From the human T2T-CHM13v2.0 reference genome, Homo sapiens, in the NCBI RefSeq assembly GCF_009914755.1, contig NC_060929.1: a stretch of 64,000 nt of DNA; one strand, 5' to 3'. Of the stretch, positions 28,866 to 41,993 are shown one piece after another. A program made the position numbers and the translations under genes. Under the pieces are notes generated by a model, which was not told the DNA's origin, did not search any database, and saw nothing but the letters and a program-made list of their open reading frames with translations. Numbering within the stretch: the first letter of the stretch is position 1; every line of letters starts with the position of its first letter.

Positions 28866-31800
28866 AAATTTTCCTAGCAAGGATTAAAGTCACTCCTGCA
28901 TTTTTTTCCTGTAGAACAGGTGTGTCAGGGCAATCTCCTGGGGCCTAGGACATGAGCAGAATAATTTGCATTTACCAAAATAAGTTTAATTAAATCTCAA
29001 TTCTCTTAAGAAAAGGGGAGCTTTGAAAGAAGAAAATGCATTTAATTACTGTCTGGTTATTCTAGCACTTTATTTCATTTAGAAATTCGAAGAAGAATTT
29101 ATTTTCTTAACTTTTTCACAAAATTTGGCATTTGGATTTTAAAATTCTTTAATAGAAGCCACTTACAATGCATATCTGACATTCTCAGAGATCCCCCTCC
29201 CCATATACAGGTGCAAAAATGTTCCTTCTTCACACTTGATTTAGATATATCTTTTTGAAGAATGGGCCAAAATAATTTATATTCCTTCATTTTTTTACAT
29301 TTTTTATTTTAAAGTGGAATATATGTGTTGACAGACACTAGAAATGGAAAGGAAGAGGTCCATGAAACCAAATCTGAAAGAGAAATGATTGGCAAGAAGG
29401 TAACATTCAACCTGCACGAAACGCCATGGCCTCTCAGGCCTTTTCAGTTAAGGGGAAGAGGTTGAAATGGGCTGAGAAAGCACTGTCGAACAGGAAAGCA
29501 TGACGTTTTTTTCCTTCTTCTGAAAAGAAAAGGAGTAAGACCAATGGATGTTATGTGTCATGTACTCATTTGTTTATAAAGCACTCGTTTTTAAAATCAG
29601 AGACAGAGAACAGAGTTCAGAGTGACAGAATGAGAACAGCCTAACTAAAAGGGATCATCAGGCCTCACCCTTCCGTTTTACAGAAATGAAGATCGATGCT
29701 CAGAAAGGTTGCATGACTTGCCTAAGGTAGTCCAGTGCTATTAAAAACCAAAACAATTTAATTCATATTGGTTTTCTAGTTTGTGTATGTAACAAAGTTC
29801 ATGCTCTAACTATGTAAAACAAGTAATAGAGTCACTGTTTTTAAAAGTCTTTTGAGCCATAGTTATGAAGTGAAATGAACTCATGCACAGTAGAATTAAT
29901 ATTAATAAAGATCAGAGTGGTTTACTTCATCTCATTTGTGCCTTTTCATTTTCATGTCTGAAGTAATCCATTTCCCTTATCATGTAGAGATATTTCTAAA
30001 TCAGGTTGCTTGATAATCCCACTGATTTCAGAATTGTAATCGGATATTCTTCATGTTCTTCTCTAACCTTCATTATACACAAGCAGCTTGATGTGAGTCA
30101 TGCGAATGATTTTAGGACTATTTAGTACCTCCCAAATGATCTGAAAGAAGCCTATTATCCTTCAGTATTTTTTTCTTGCAGCCTCTTCACATAATTGTGA
30201 GCTCTCTGATTCTCTAGCTTGCTGCATTTCAACTTTGTTAATCATCTTTAGTATGGAAGACAAATGATCCTCAGTCATCTCATTGATTCCATGGGACACC
30301 TGTTTATTTTAATACCTAAATATGGCCATTATGTATCAGGAATTACACTTTCATTCATAGGGTTATGAGAAGATATGTAAAGCACTACAGTTATACTTCT
30401 TTTTTAAAGAATATATTCAGAATGTTTTTTATCCCTTAAAACGTGGATTTTTAAAAAAGTAATTCAACATTGAGCAGAGCGTAAGTGATGTCTTTTTTGG
30501 GAAAAGAAAAGCTTTCCTACATGCAATTTAGTTTTTCAGATTTACATTTAGTTCTTCTAGTTTTTTTGAGAAATCCTTATGCTTTACCTTTATTGATCCC
30601 TTTGCAACTCATGTTTTTTTAATCGCTCATAATTATTAACTCATTTTTAAAAGCTGGTCAGAGCTACATAGTCATCATCTAATTAATTCCATTTGAATTA
30701 ATGGCAAATAGCATTAAATTTTTAACCCAAGTAAATTAAGAGGAGAAATAAAGTCACTTGCTCACTGGCACAGTCTAAAATTAGGAGCTACAATTCTGTT
30801 TCAGTGAAATGTAGTTCAGGGCACTCACAACACTAGCCGAGGTTTGTTTTTCACTAACCACTCCCACTCCCACAGGCTTCCTGCCTTTCACGCTGTTCCC
30901 CACTGCTCTCTTCATGGCCCTGACATGTTTGTTTATTATGTTCTAGGAATTCTGGGAAAAGAAGGAATCATTAGAAGTGCTGGGATTTGCACATTCCATT
31001 TCCCGTTTAGTACTAATTTCTTTTATGTTAATTGACTGTTTTACTTGTAAAACGAAAAGGATACCCTAAATAGATACATGACCTAAAAAAGCATTTGATG
31101 AAAACCATTCAAATATAATGTTTAATAATATGGACAGAATATTCTATTAGCAAAATAAAATCAAACCTTCCCTAGACCCAGAAGAGAACATTCTAGCCTT
31201 CCTATTTCTCCCAATAGAAACATTATTCTTTTCATCCAGTTTGGAAACCCTTCACCTTATCTCCATTTCTTTTCATTACATATTAATTATTCTTTTTTCC
31301 ATCTTTAAAAACTTTCAAAACTCTTTCTTCTCATGGGGTCATCTGTCCTCCCCCACACTTTTCGAGTCTCATTTCTTTGCAAGTACGTCTTATCCTTGTT
31401 TCACAATTTAACTGTGATGTACCCCTAATAATAACTGAAAGTAAAGTAAAATCTGGTCAGTAGCCACAGACCCTTCTACACTGACGTTTTGTCTTATAGT
31501 ATAAAGTCTTGCAAAATTCCAAGGGAATGTTGAGAGAGAATTCAGGTCACTGAAGGGTTTCAGTATTTTTTTCATTAACATAGTAATCATACTTAGCATT
31601 TATATACTACTTTTCAATTTAGAAGTGCCTTATGTTACTTTTTTAATCCTCATACTACATTACTACATAAACATATTGAATGACTGAAAAATTAATACTA
31701 AATCAAATGTATGAGGTATAATGTTCAAAGTGTATTCCCTAATTAATACCAGGGACTACATGCATACATAGTTATATGTAAATTAGATACTTTGGATTTA

Positions 31801-32112
31801 TTTTTTCACCAAGGAACCAAAACACAATACAGAATAGTATTGTAAATAGATTAAGATGATTGGGTTGAAAATGTAGATACTGATTTTAGGTTGACCTTAA
31901 AAAATATATATATTCTTATTAAATTATAGCTTTTGGAGAATATAAACTTTCTGTGTTCCCAACAAAATGGATAGTTTTGCTGCCAGGTTACCCTCCCTTT
32001 GTTTATCATGAGTCTTTAGAGGTTTAAGTAAAACAAAAGAGAGACAACACATTGTTGCACAAAATAGTTGAGAATTCCAATGGGAATGAAAGGAAACCTT
32101 TTATATATGTAT

Positions 32113-32115
<3 letters not shown>

Positions 32116-32158
<43 letters not shown>

Positions 32159-32168
32159 ACACACACAT
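32116..32168. repeat. (CA)n microsatellite
   Basis: Direct reading. Confidence 0.95.
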
Positions 32169-32431
32169 ATATATGAAAACACCCTCAAGACTATTCAAAA
32201 ATTTATAATAGAGAATTTTATACGAGAAATAGTTTTCAGCTTTATATTTTAAATTGTGTTTAAAAGGACTTTTTAAAATCAAAGCTCTTCAATCCCTTTT
32301 CATTTCATGATTTATTTTATCTAGTACTTTCTTTATGGTTTCTAGACTTTTGCAGCTACATTCTGGACTCAGGGAAAAACAGATAATAATTGGGACAACG
32401 CAAAAGGAAATTCAGATTAACATTTAAAGTG

Positions 32432-32579
32432 TATATATATATATAATGCTATATATATTTTATATCTATAATGCTATGTATATAATGCTATATATATATA
32501 TATCAGCTATATATATATATATATCAGAGGTAAGAAAGTGATATATATCAGAGGTAAGAAAGTGATATCAGAGGTAAGC
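32432..32579. repeat. (TA)n / tataatgc low-complexity tract followed by 3 copies of tcagaggtaag(aaagtgata)
   Basis: Direct reading. Confidence 0.85.
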
Positions 32580-33840
32580 AGTTAGTAGGCCTTTTGACTA
32601 GAAGAAAGAGGAAATAAAAAAAGTAAATATTTCTTAGTAACCAAGTATAATATTTAAAACTGCCCAACCAAAGCCCATGAAGCAAGTGAACAAGTTAGTT
32701 AAATGTTTCTTTTGGTTTTAGCCAAAAGACAACTCTTTCAGAAGACAAATGAATGTTTAAATATGGTATATACATAAATATAAAGGTTTAAAACTTAATG
32801 CCTCAGGAAGGGGACGTGAGTGGAGGATTTTTGGGTGCTGGTTACATGGGTGTTAGTTTTTTAAGTTTCCTGGATCTGTACTTTCTGATTTGTGCACTTT
32901 TCTGTGTATCAGAGTTCAATAAAGAGTTCTAAAGCCAATCAATAATTTTGAAATTTAGCACTGTACTTTAAAAAAATAACTTTATCTAGGATTGGTGGGT
33001 TTTATCTTTTAATTTTACTTTCTTAGAAGGATGCCTCTGGAGCAGGTTCATAATTTTGAGAGATAAAATAGTATAAATCATAACTTCACTGTAGACTCAT
33101 ATTTTTTTGCATTCATAAAAGATGGAAACAGGAAAGTGCTCTTACATTAGGTGTGCCATAACATCCTCCACACACACAGCAATTATAAAAGCAGGTTGGA
33201 GAGCCTGCCTTCCTGCCTTCCATTTGATCTCTTTTGCGAACAGCACAGGCCATCATTTGTGAAAGTCGTCGTCTTGCAGGATGGATAAATGCGTTTTCTC
33301 TTCCTTGCCGCAAGGCAAATGGAAGCTAGTAATTTCTAGTCCCATAGCAGTGAATACAAAATCAAAAGAGGCTAACTCAATGCAGTGACAGCTTCAAAAG
33401 GAATTGTTTTTGAAGATTCTTTTTTCCCATAGTGCTGGTTTATTTAGCACTGAAGGTCATCTGCTAACCCAGCTTTCAGCAGCCTCCAGGAAAACCTCAG
33501 TGTAGCTTGTGTCATGTATTAACAGTCCCCCAATTTCACTTATATTTTGCTAAGCAGATACACATTTGCCATGACAGCTTAAAGTGTCGGTGCTTTTGAA
33601 TGGAGACTATTTTATCTCGATGTATCTGTAACTGGAGAGTCCTCATGCTCAGGACTGGTAACTCAGATTTTGTTTTGAAGGAACTAATTTTTAAAAAAAT
33701 CTGGTAACTCAGATTTTGTTTGAAAGGAACTAATTTAAAAAAACTTTAATATATGAATTTTCTGGTTAATTTGGATGACCACCATTTTTTTGAGTACTGT
33801 TAACTGACTTTAGGACCTGCATTTCTAATCCAGATGGTAC

Positions 33841-33866
33841 AAAAAAAAAAAAAAAAAAAAAAAAAA
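33841..33866 (+). repeat. Poly(A)26 tract
   Basis: Direct reading. Confidence 0.95.
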
Positions 33867-34593
33867 GAGCTGTGTCTTAGCTTCATTAAAACCAGAGTTT
33901 CATTCAACGTCTCTAATAGAGCCCAGAGTGAACACAAGATCTGGATCCGCTTTTCCCTCAGTTGGGTTCATTTTTTATTTGCCTCTCATACCTATGTCCC
34001 ATCTCTCTGCAGCAGTTTCAGTTGCACAGAAATGACCTTTTTTATATAACAGCACAGCCCAACTGTATAGAAATATCTTTTTAAAAAAACAACATGGCCC
34101 AACTGACACAGCTGACAGCAATCTGTTCCAATGCTAAGGAAACTGGCTGTGTTGGATCTGTTAGGAGACCTCACTCTTTATTCTCCTACGGGATTTTCAA
34201 AGTAATTATAATTATATGAAATTTCCCTCAACTTTAGAAATTAATCCCCAAATAATCTCCTACTCCTGCTTGATCACCTTGGGAGCCATGATTTAGCCCC
34301 AGCAAAACATCCTGTCCCAGTAATTTAATGTTATTAATTTAGAACAAAGAACCATAAGGTAAAGATCAAAACAGCTTAATAGTCAAATAGTTATTACAAC
34401 ATCTATGTATGTGTATTATTGCAAAGTCATTTGCATTTAGTGATAATATAAAAATGATGTCCCTGATTCATTTTTGTTTGTATGTTCAAGACAGAGAAAG
34501 TAGAGAAGGTGGCCTTTAAATTAGTTCAGAACACTCTGGGAGGGTGGGAAGATACGATACAGTTTAGAATTATTTGCTTCCAAATTTTCTAAA

Positions 34594-34897
<304 letters not shown>

Positions 34898-37800
34898 TGA
34901 AGATGTTACTTCTTTTTGTTTTTCCTAAGACTTGGCAGTGGTTTCAGGCATACTTTTTAGTACCTCCTTAAAGAAAGAATCCATTATCCAAAAGGGTGGC
35001 TTGGAATAGTTGGAAATGAGTGTGCTCTAACCTTTACCTTCACCTTCATAGAAGAGTGTGGTGAATTGAAAATCACTCTACAAATGTCTTTCTGAAGGAC
35101 TTTCCCAATTAGTGGGACGTAGTTTATAACAATACATTGGTTCCCTCAGGATCAGCGGTTAATCTGTCTTTTTATTGAAGCAGGAAACAACCAGGACAAG
35201 ATGAGCTCATAAAGTATAGAGCACTATCTCTAGAGGAAAAATTAGGAGAGACCAACAGAACCATCTAAGATCATCTAAGAACGTAAGATGTAGTAGGTTA
35301 TTATCGTGCATTATTCCACATAATTTACTACTTAGCTAAGAATCCAAGCAGGAACTACAAGCTATTATTAGAAAAGCAAGCTAAATAGTTTGGGATGAAT
35401 AACCTCATATCCCATGCATTCACCTCCCATTAAGAGAATTCCTACTTAAGTGGATGTCCTTAATTAAGTACCACTGGTTACTTACCCATTTTTGCTTAAT
35501 TCCTCTATCTTAGCTTCCTAGGAATTTTAACCTTGGAAGTCTCTAAGATATAGAACCCTTGTTTTTTATTTTTGCCTTTTTTTCTAGTAAATAGCATTTA
35601 TTAAACATTAATATTAGAGAATTATATTTGATACTCAGATGTGTCACCAATTAGCTGAATTACTTTAAGAGGCAACACACTTAATCTCTGTGACCTCTTT
35701 TTCCCTATCCATAAAGTGTAAGATTTGAACTTACACTCTCTGAGTAAATCATGTCTGGTTTCCCTTTCGGTTCTGAGATTCTGTGAGTCTATATATCTGA
35801 TAAAATAATTCGGCATGGTTATACATCTCTGCTTAAGCAGAGGAAAGCAATTTCTCAAAGGCAAGCTCAGACCCTTGTGAAGCAGTCATTCAGTTTCATC
35901 TTCCTTAAAATTAGATTCTGATTGAATGCTATTTTCAAGTCTCATCCAGTATCTGGAAATACTCATTTCTTTCATTATCAGACTACTCTTTGGAAGTCTT
36001 ACCACCCAACAACCAGCACTACAATATTGTCCTATGTTGTGATGGCCTCTAAGGCATTATCAGACTTGGCTATTTTACATTTCTTTTTAAAAATTATTAT
36101 TTCAACTTTTCCACTGTAAATGTCCTCAACATTACAAAAGCTTCTTGTACATGCATATGACATTATAATGGAATAGTGACATAATGAAATATCCCTCTCA
36201 GTTTTACCTCATACCTATCTAGTGAATGAAGTTTCATCTCCATATCTTGAAAACCCTTACACTAAAATTATTTTTATTGCAAGAGAACAACCACTATGAA
36301 AAATCTTTTTAACAGGGATGTCTTGGGGTTCAGTTCTCTGTAAATACAGGACATTAGTAGCTAAAGGCCAGGTATTTGCCTGTGTACCTTTGAGAGAGAG
36401 TTAACCTGGCGCCCAACCCAATGAAAGAAAGAATATTTACTTTGGAATAATAAAACTAAAATAAGAATAAATGAAACCACCTGAAAAGAACAGCCGTTAG
36501 GACTTTTGCATGATAATGTTGTACAGAATAACTGAATGTACATTGGAAGAATAATTTCATGATCAACACAAAAATGACCTCACTGTCTTTTCTACAAACC
36601 TAGGATCCCGTTGAACTGACTTCAAGCCCAAAACTCAGAAAAAAAATAAGGTTGTCTTGGGTCTGGTCAAGGAGTGCATTGTTACTAAAAGTCATGGAAG
36701 GACCCTGAAACATTATCAACTTCTTTACGGTCCCATGGCCTCTAATTTAAGAATTTCCTTTTACCCAGACCATGGCATTTATCTTACTAAAATTTCTTTG
36801 CTTCACTTATGATTTTATTCTGTATCTAGCTAGTTCAGACCCTTCTGAGAACATGTTTTGCACAATAACATACCAAATTTCAATTCTAATTTCATTTTTT
36901 TAACTATTTTACTCTTTTAATTTTCCCATGTTTTTCCTGCTTTCTTCTAGTCCTGTCTTATTACTTGGAGAAATTTTATGTGCTTCAGTTTCTTTCATTA
37001 AAGAAATTTCACACTCATAACTGTAAAATACATTTCTTAAAAATAAAATATTCATGTACTGTATTTTTTGGAATATACCAATAGAATAATAATAACTAAG
37101 CATTTAGTGATTTTTTCCTATGCTCTAAATAGAGTGCTAAGTTCTTTACCTAAGTTATCTCAGTTGTAGACTACTTAGAGTTTCTTACTGGTATAAATGT
37201 TGATCACTAGTGCTAATCTATTGAGTATTAAGTACCTAGATTTTACTTCTCTTAGACAAAGGAACTCAGTGAGCACTTCGTTGAAAACTGATGATGGTCC
37301 TGTAAGGCACTATCCTATGATCAAATAATTGTGCAGGATTGAAAAATACAAATGAATCCCAAACCTTCTATTTGACAAATTTGGCATGTGGAAATGTGCA
37401 ATATTTATATTGAAATATAAATTCAATATTTATATTGAAATGTAAATCTATAGTTCATATAGCTTATATAAACTATATATAAACTAAATATATGTAAAAT
37501 ATATATAAATATATTTTGCTTCCTTTCTGCCTTTCCTTCAAATTCAATCCTCTTACCTGACTATTTTAGTTTTTTGATTCACGACAGTTCCCATCTGTTT
37601 TTTAAGCAGTGGGATTCCATTTCTGTGGTCTTTGGCTCTGAGTTAATTTGCCTATCTATTCTTCTCCCCCCCTCTCTCCTTTTTACTTTTATTCTAGTCA
37701 CAGAATAAGTCTATCCAGCTGGCTTTTCCAGCCAGGATATATGATTTTGATATTCTGAGTTCATTTTCTGTACAGTTCTTAACTGTCTGAGTACTGATTT

Positions 37801-38851
37801 TGTTTTTTCATTTTATGTAGTAAAATATTAGCAGAAGCATCAATTTTTATTGCAATAAACGTTTTAACTGTCAAATGCTTTTATGATGATGCATGTCAGA
37901 GACAGATTTTATATATAGCCTAATGAATTGAAATCAATTAATTCTTAGGAGGTTTCATATCTTGTGGCCCAAGCACTGTATTACAACAGAAGGACAAAGT
38001 CAGAGCACACTGCAAATCATCAGGGAAATATGCAAAACTAGCTGAAGTTTCTGAGTTCACAGAAGTAAGATCAGCATAGAGGTTATGGAAATAATAATGC
38101 ATCACTGTGGCAAGGATCGTGTTGGAGGTCATAATCTTCACACCAAACACTGAGGCTGAAATATGCTGCTTATCAAAACTGCCACCTGCTATAGGAGGAG
38201 CTGTTGATCCAGGACCCCTGTTGGCCTCCAGACCACCTTGTTTGAGGGCATTCAAGTTGCTCCCACTGGGACTTCTCACTGTGTATATGTGCAAGCATAT
38301 GGGCTCTTCAGGTCAAACTGTGGAAAGCTGTACTGGAAGAAATTTAAAGTCTCTACAATAATAAAATTCTATTTTGAAATAATATATGAATGTCAGTAGA
38401 CTTCAGCAATGCCTAAAGTGTATGAAAACCTAAATTATGAACTACACTTCTTAGAAAATAAAAAAGTCTTTTGTTTGGTGCAGCATGGAGCAAACTATTT
38501 TAGTTCAGCAACTTTTCTGGGTTTTTCAACAATACAGATAATGCATAGAGAGTATTAACAACTTTCTAGTATCTAGTATGTCTGCAGGAAAGTCAATATA
38601 TTGGTCAGTTTGATGAGTCAAGAAATATCATAGACTGCATGAAATGATAGTTTTGTTTTTGCTGTTATGATACATTGGCAATTAAAGGAATTACTGGATA
38701 TGAAAGTACTTAGTAAATCATAAAGAACCATACAGATGAAACATAACTTGTGTTTTAAAATATTTGGTTATAATCATTTCTAACTTACTAGTTGGAAATC
38801 CATTTTCTACATTATCATATTTAAGATATGTGTTTCTATGTGTGTTTTCAG

Positions 38852-38900
38852 ATAATAACAAGGACTGTTCTGGTGTGTCCTTACACCTCACACGTCTGCC
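38852..38900 (+). CDS. PAM: PAM exon ~8 (49 nt): (D)NNKDCSGVSLHLTRL(P)
   Basis: Acceptor tgtgttttcag|AT, donor GCC|gtaagt; phase 1 to 2; DCSG motif. Confidence 0.96.
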
Positions 38901-39424
38901 GTAAGTACTTCCATTTTTCCTAGAGGAGCAGCAACTTTAACATCTTTGCGAACTTAGAGTGGGAAGTTTACTGTATTAATTATCTGTGGGTAAAAATTAA
39001 CCTAAACTGGGTTAAAACAACAAATATGTATTGTCTCATTTTCCTGTATGTCAGTAATTGGGCACACTTAGCTGGATCCTCAGGCATGTGTTCTCACACA
39101 GAGGCTGTAGTCAGAATCTTGGCTGGGGCTTCAGTCAGCTTAAGGCTTGACTGGGGAGGAGCCACTTCCAACATCACTCACATAGTTGTCGGCAGGCTTC
39201 AGTTCTTTGCTGAGTGTTGGCTGGAGGTCGCCCTCATATCCTTGCCAAGTGGGCTATAAACAGGGCAGCTCATGATATGGCACCTGGCCTCCATCATAGA
39301 AAGTAAGCAAAAAAAGGAAGAGAGGGCATGCATGCAAGATGGAAGCCAGAGTCTTTCAGTAACCTAATGTTCAAAATGGCATACCATCACTTTTGCCATA
39401 TTCTATTTGTTAAAGATAAGTTAC

Positions 39425-39714
39425 CGAGTAACTCAGGAATGGAAAACCAAACATTGTATGTTCTCACTCATAAGTGGGAACTAAGCTGTGAGAATGCAAA
39501 GGCATAAGAATGATACAGTGGACTTTGAGGACTTCCCAGGGTAAAGGATGGGAAGGAGGTGAGGGATAAAAGGCTACTAATTGAGTTCAGTGTATACTGT
39601 TTGGGTGATGGGTGCACCAAAATCTCAGAAATCACCACTAAAGAACTTAGGTAACCAAATACCACCTGTTCCCCAAAAATCTATGGAAATAAAAAAAATG
39701 TTAAAAATGTTTAA
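39425..39714 (+). mobile_element. L1PB-like 3' end with A-tail
   Basis: ggaaaaccaaacattgtatgttctcactcataagtggg...gcaaaggcataagaatgatac...gggtgcaccaaaatctcagaaatcaccactaaagaactt; TSD-like aaagataagttac / aaagatgttac. Confidence 0.88.
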
Positions 39715-39802
39715 AAAGATGTTACTACACTTCTTTTAGCCCACATTAAAGGGCAGGGGATTAGACCAGGGCATGAATGTCACAGCTAGGAATCATGAGA
39801 GC

Positions 39803-40202
39803 TGATTAGTCAGGGTTCTCCAAAGAAACCTGAACCAATAGAATAGAGAGAAAGAGAAAGAGTTGTTGTAAGGGATTGGCTGACACTATTGTGGGGACTG
39901 ATTAAGTCCTAAATCCATTGAGCCAATTGGAAATTCAAGGAAGGGTTGATGTTGCATTCTTGAGTCCAAAGGCAATTCACAGGCAGAATCCTTTCCTTTT
40001 GAGGGGACCTTAGTCTTTTCTCTTCAGACTTTCAATGGACTGGATGAAGCCCACCCGCACTATGGAAAATAATCTGCTTTACTCAAAGTTTAATTTAAAG
40101 GTTAATCACATTTAAAAATCACCTACCCAGCAACACCTAGACTGGTGTTTGACCAAACAACCAGGCACCTGGCCAAGTCAACACGTAAAGTTAGCTATCA
40201 CA
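39803..40202 (-). mobile_element. MLT2 (ERVL) solo LTR, MLT2D-like
   Basis: attagtcagggttctcca.agaaac...ggatgaagcccacc...ctagactggtgtttgaccaaaca...gccaagtcaacacgtaaagttagctatcaca. Confidence 0.82.
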
Positions 40203-40392
40203 GGAACCATTTAGAGTCTGCCTTCACATGAAAAAGTATTTTTTAAGGAAGAAAAATTTTTCCTCTTTTTCTACTTCAATTTTCAAAAGCATCACATTTT
40301 ATAAACCAAAGTATTGAGGTATATGCTGTTTTTCCAAAACAGTCATTTTGACTTTTTCAGGTATTTTAGAAAAATGTTATTTTTTTCTGCAG

Positions 40393-40460
40393 ACAGCCTT
40401 TAATTGCTGGCATGTACCTTATGATGTCTGTTGACACTGTTATCCCAGCAGGAGAAAAAG
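40393..40460 (+). CDS. PAM: PAM exon ~9 (68 nt): (P)QPLIAGMYLMMSVDTVIPAGEK(V)
   Basis: Acceptor tttttctgcag|A, donor AAG|gtgagt; phase 2 to 1. Confidence 0.96.
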
Positions 40461-41551
40461 GTGAGTAATGATTTTTTAATATTTACCATTACCTCATTAC
40501 CTAATCTGTAGAAATGGATTTATACTGTATTTTTTATAAACTTTAAAAATAATCAATATTTTTATGTCTTGGAAAAATGAACCAATACTTTATTGTCCTT
40601 GGATTTAAAATAGATTTTTGTATTATTCCAAGCCAGTGGTTTATTACTTTTCCATTCTTTATTGAGATGCTAGGAATTGAGGCCCTTGTGTAGGTGTGTA
40701 TTATATAAATTAAAGAATAAATCTTGAGTATTTAAAAATAAATCATCCATTCTTGAGATGCAGAGGACACACTGCATAATGAGCAGTGACATAAACTTCT
40801 ACATAGAAAGATTTAAAAATTAAACGACTAGCAAATCCAGCACCAACTTAGTCTTTAAACTTGGATATAGTTGGCTTACTTCTCTACTTGCAAAATGGGG
40901 ATGATAATAGCTGATTCTCCCAAGCTTACTAGAAGCGATGAGAATAAGTATATTATTATTTATCAATATATTTTACGATCCTCTGATGAAAGTGCCATAT
41001 GAAATATTGTTCATTTGTTTTCGCTGGGAATCTCTTAAAGTTAATGACCAGTATGGTCTCTTTGTTACCATTTTTTCATCTATTATAAAATGAATATTTA
41101 TTGAATAGCTACTGTGTTAGACTATAAGGAAGGAACAGTATGAAATGGCCTCTTCTCAACAGGAACTGTCAATGTAGTGATGTTAGGTGTCTGCATTCAA
41201 TTTTTCAAAAATTCTTTCATTCCAAAAATAAAAACCAATTTTTAAGCTTTCTCAACTGGATAAATTTCAAGCTAAAGGTAACAAATTAAGCCTATGTTTT
41301 CACTAACAGAGTATTTTGATTTGGTTCTAGTCATTCTGTTTATGAATAAAATAAAAATATAAGGCAAGGGGTTCTTAATTCATGTGAGTAAAGTGGCTGG
41401 CACAGAATAAGTGCTTAATATCTGTGTATTTAAGTCATAAGAAAACCTCAGTCCCTAGCATCTTGTGAATACCCTATGCATAATTTTAGATAAGAATAAT
41501 GTCATTTTCCAGTTGAATAGTGACTTTTGTCTGTGTTTTCATTTCCCACAG

Positions 41552-41632
41552 TGGTGAATTCTGACATTTCATGCCATTATAAAAATTATCCAATGCATGT
41601 CTTTGCCTATAGAGTTCACACTCACCATTTAG
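41552..41632 (+). CDS. PAM: PAM exon ~10 (81 nt): (V)VNSDISCHYKNYPMHVFAYRVHTHHL(G); CuM HxH ligands
   Basis: Acceptor atttcccacag|TG, donor TAG|gtaaga; phase 1 to 1; RVHTH motif. Confidence 0.97.
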
Positions 41633-41916
41633 GTAAGAACTTTACATGTTAAATTATAAATATTTACCATTGTGCTTCCTGGTGCCATAAATTAAAATGC
41701 AAATTGTGTTTGACCTTAAGTCTGTTTCAATGAAAGTGATTTCATATAAGACCTTGAAATATTTTATGCTGTTTTATCATATTGTTTTTTTAAGATACTC
41801 AGTCTTTGCAGCTCTGAAAATACTCAGATTTCTACTTTAAAGTAGGAAAGTAAATATGCCTTTTGTTTTTCTAATACCTTATTATATTAAATGATTAAAA
41901 TTTGTGTTTATTACAG

Positions 41917-41993
41917 GTAAGGTAGTAAGTGGATACAGAGTAAGAAATGGACAGTGGACACTGATTGGACGGCAGAGCCCTCAGCTGCCACAG
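41917..41993 (+). CDS. PAM: PAM exon ~11 (77 nt): (G)KVVSGYRVRNGQWTLIGRQSPQLPQ
   Basis: Acceptor tttattacag|GT, donor CAG|gtgggt; phase 1 to 0. Confidence 0.96.

Larger units (their letters stand above)
38973..40228 (-). mobile_element. MLT1 (ERVL-MaLR) LTR interrupted by L1PB and MLT2 insertions
   Basis: tgtatta...ttaaaacaacaaa...ggcttgactgggg...caagatggaagcca...ccatcacttttgccatattctatt; resumes at 39721-39802 and again at 40203-40228. Confidence 0.75.

Noticed and set aside
33841-33866. A26 tract as the tail of a processed pseudogene or a transcript end
   Set aside because: No TSD, no upstream element body and no nearby AATAAA; it is likely a simple homopolymer and an internal-priming artefact source.
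37399-37450. 25-bp duplication containing the hairpin ttcaatat-tt-atattgaa
   Set aside because: Short and located in low-complexity AT sequence, where such structures are expected.
37938-38361. Overlapping 118-aa (-) and 84-aa (+) ORFs in a GC-richer patch, possible retrocopy
   Set aside because: No recognisable protein similarity, tail or TSD; BLASTX would be needed to rescue it.
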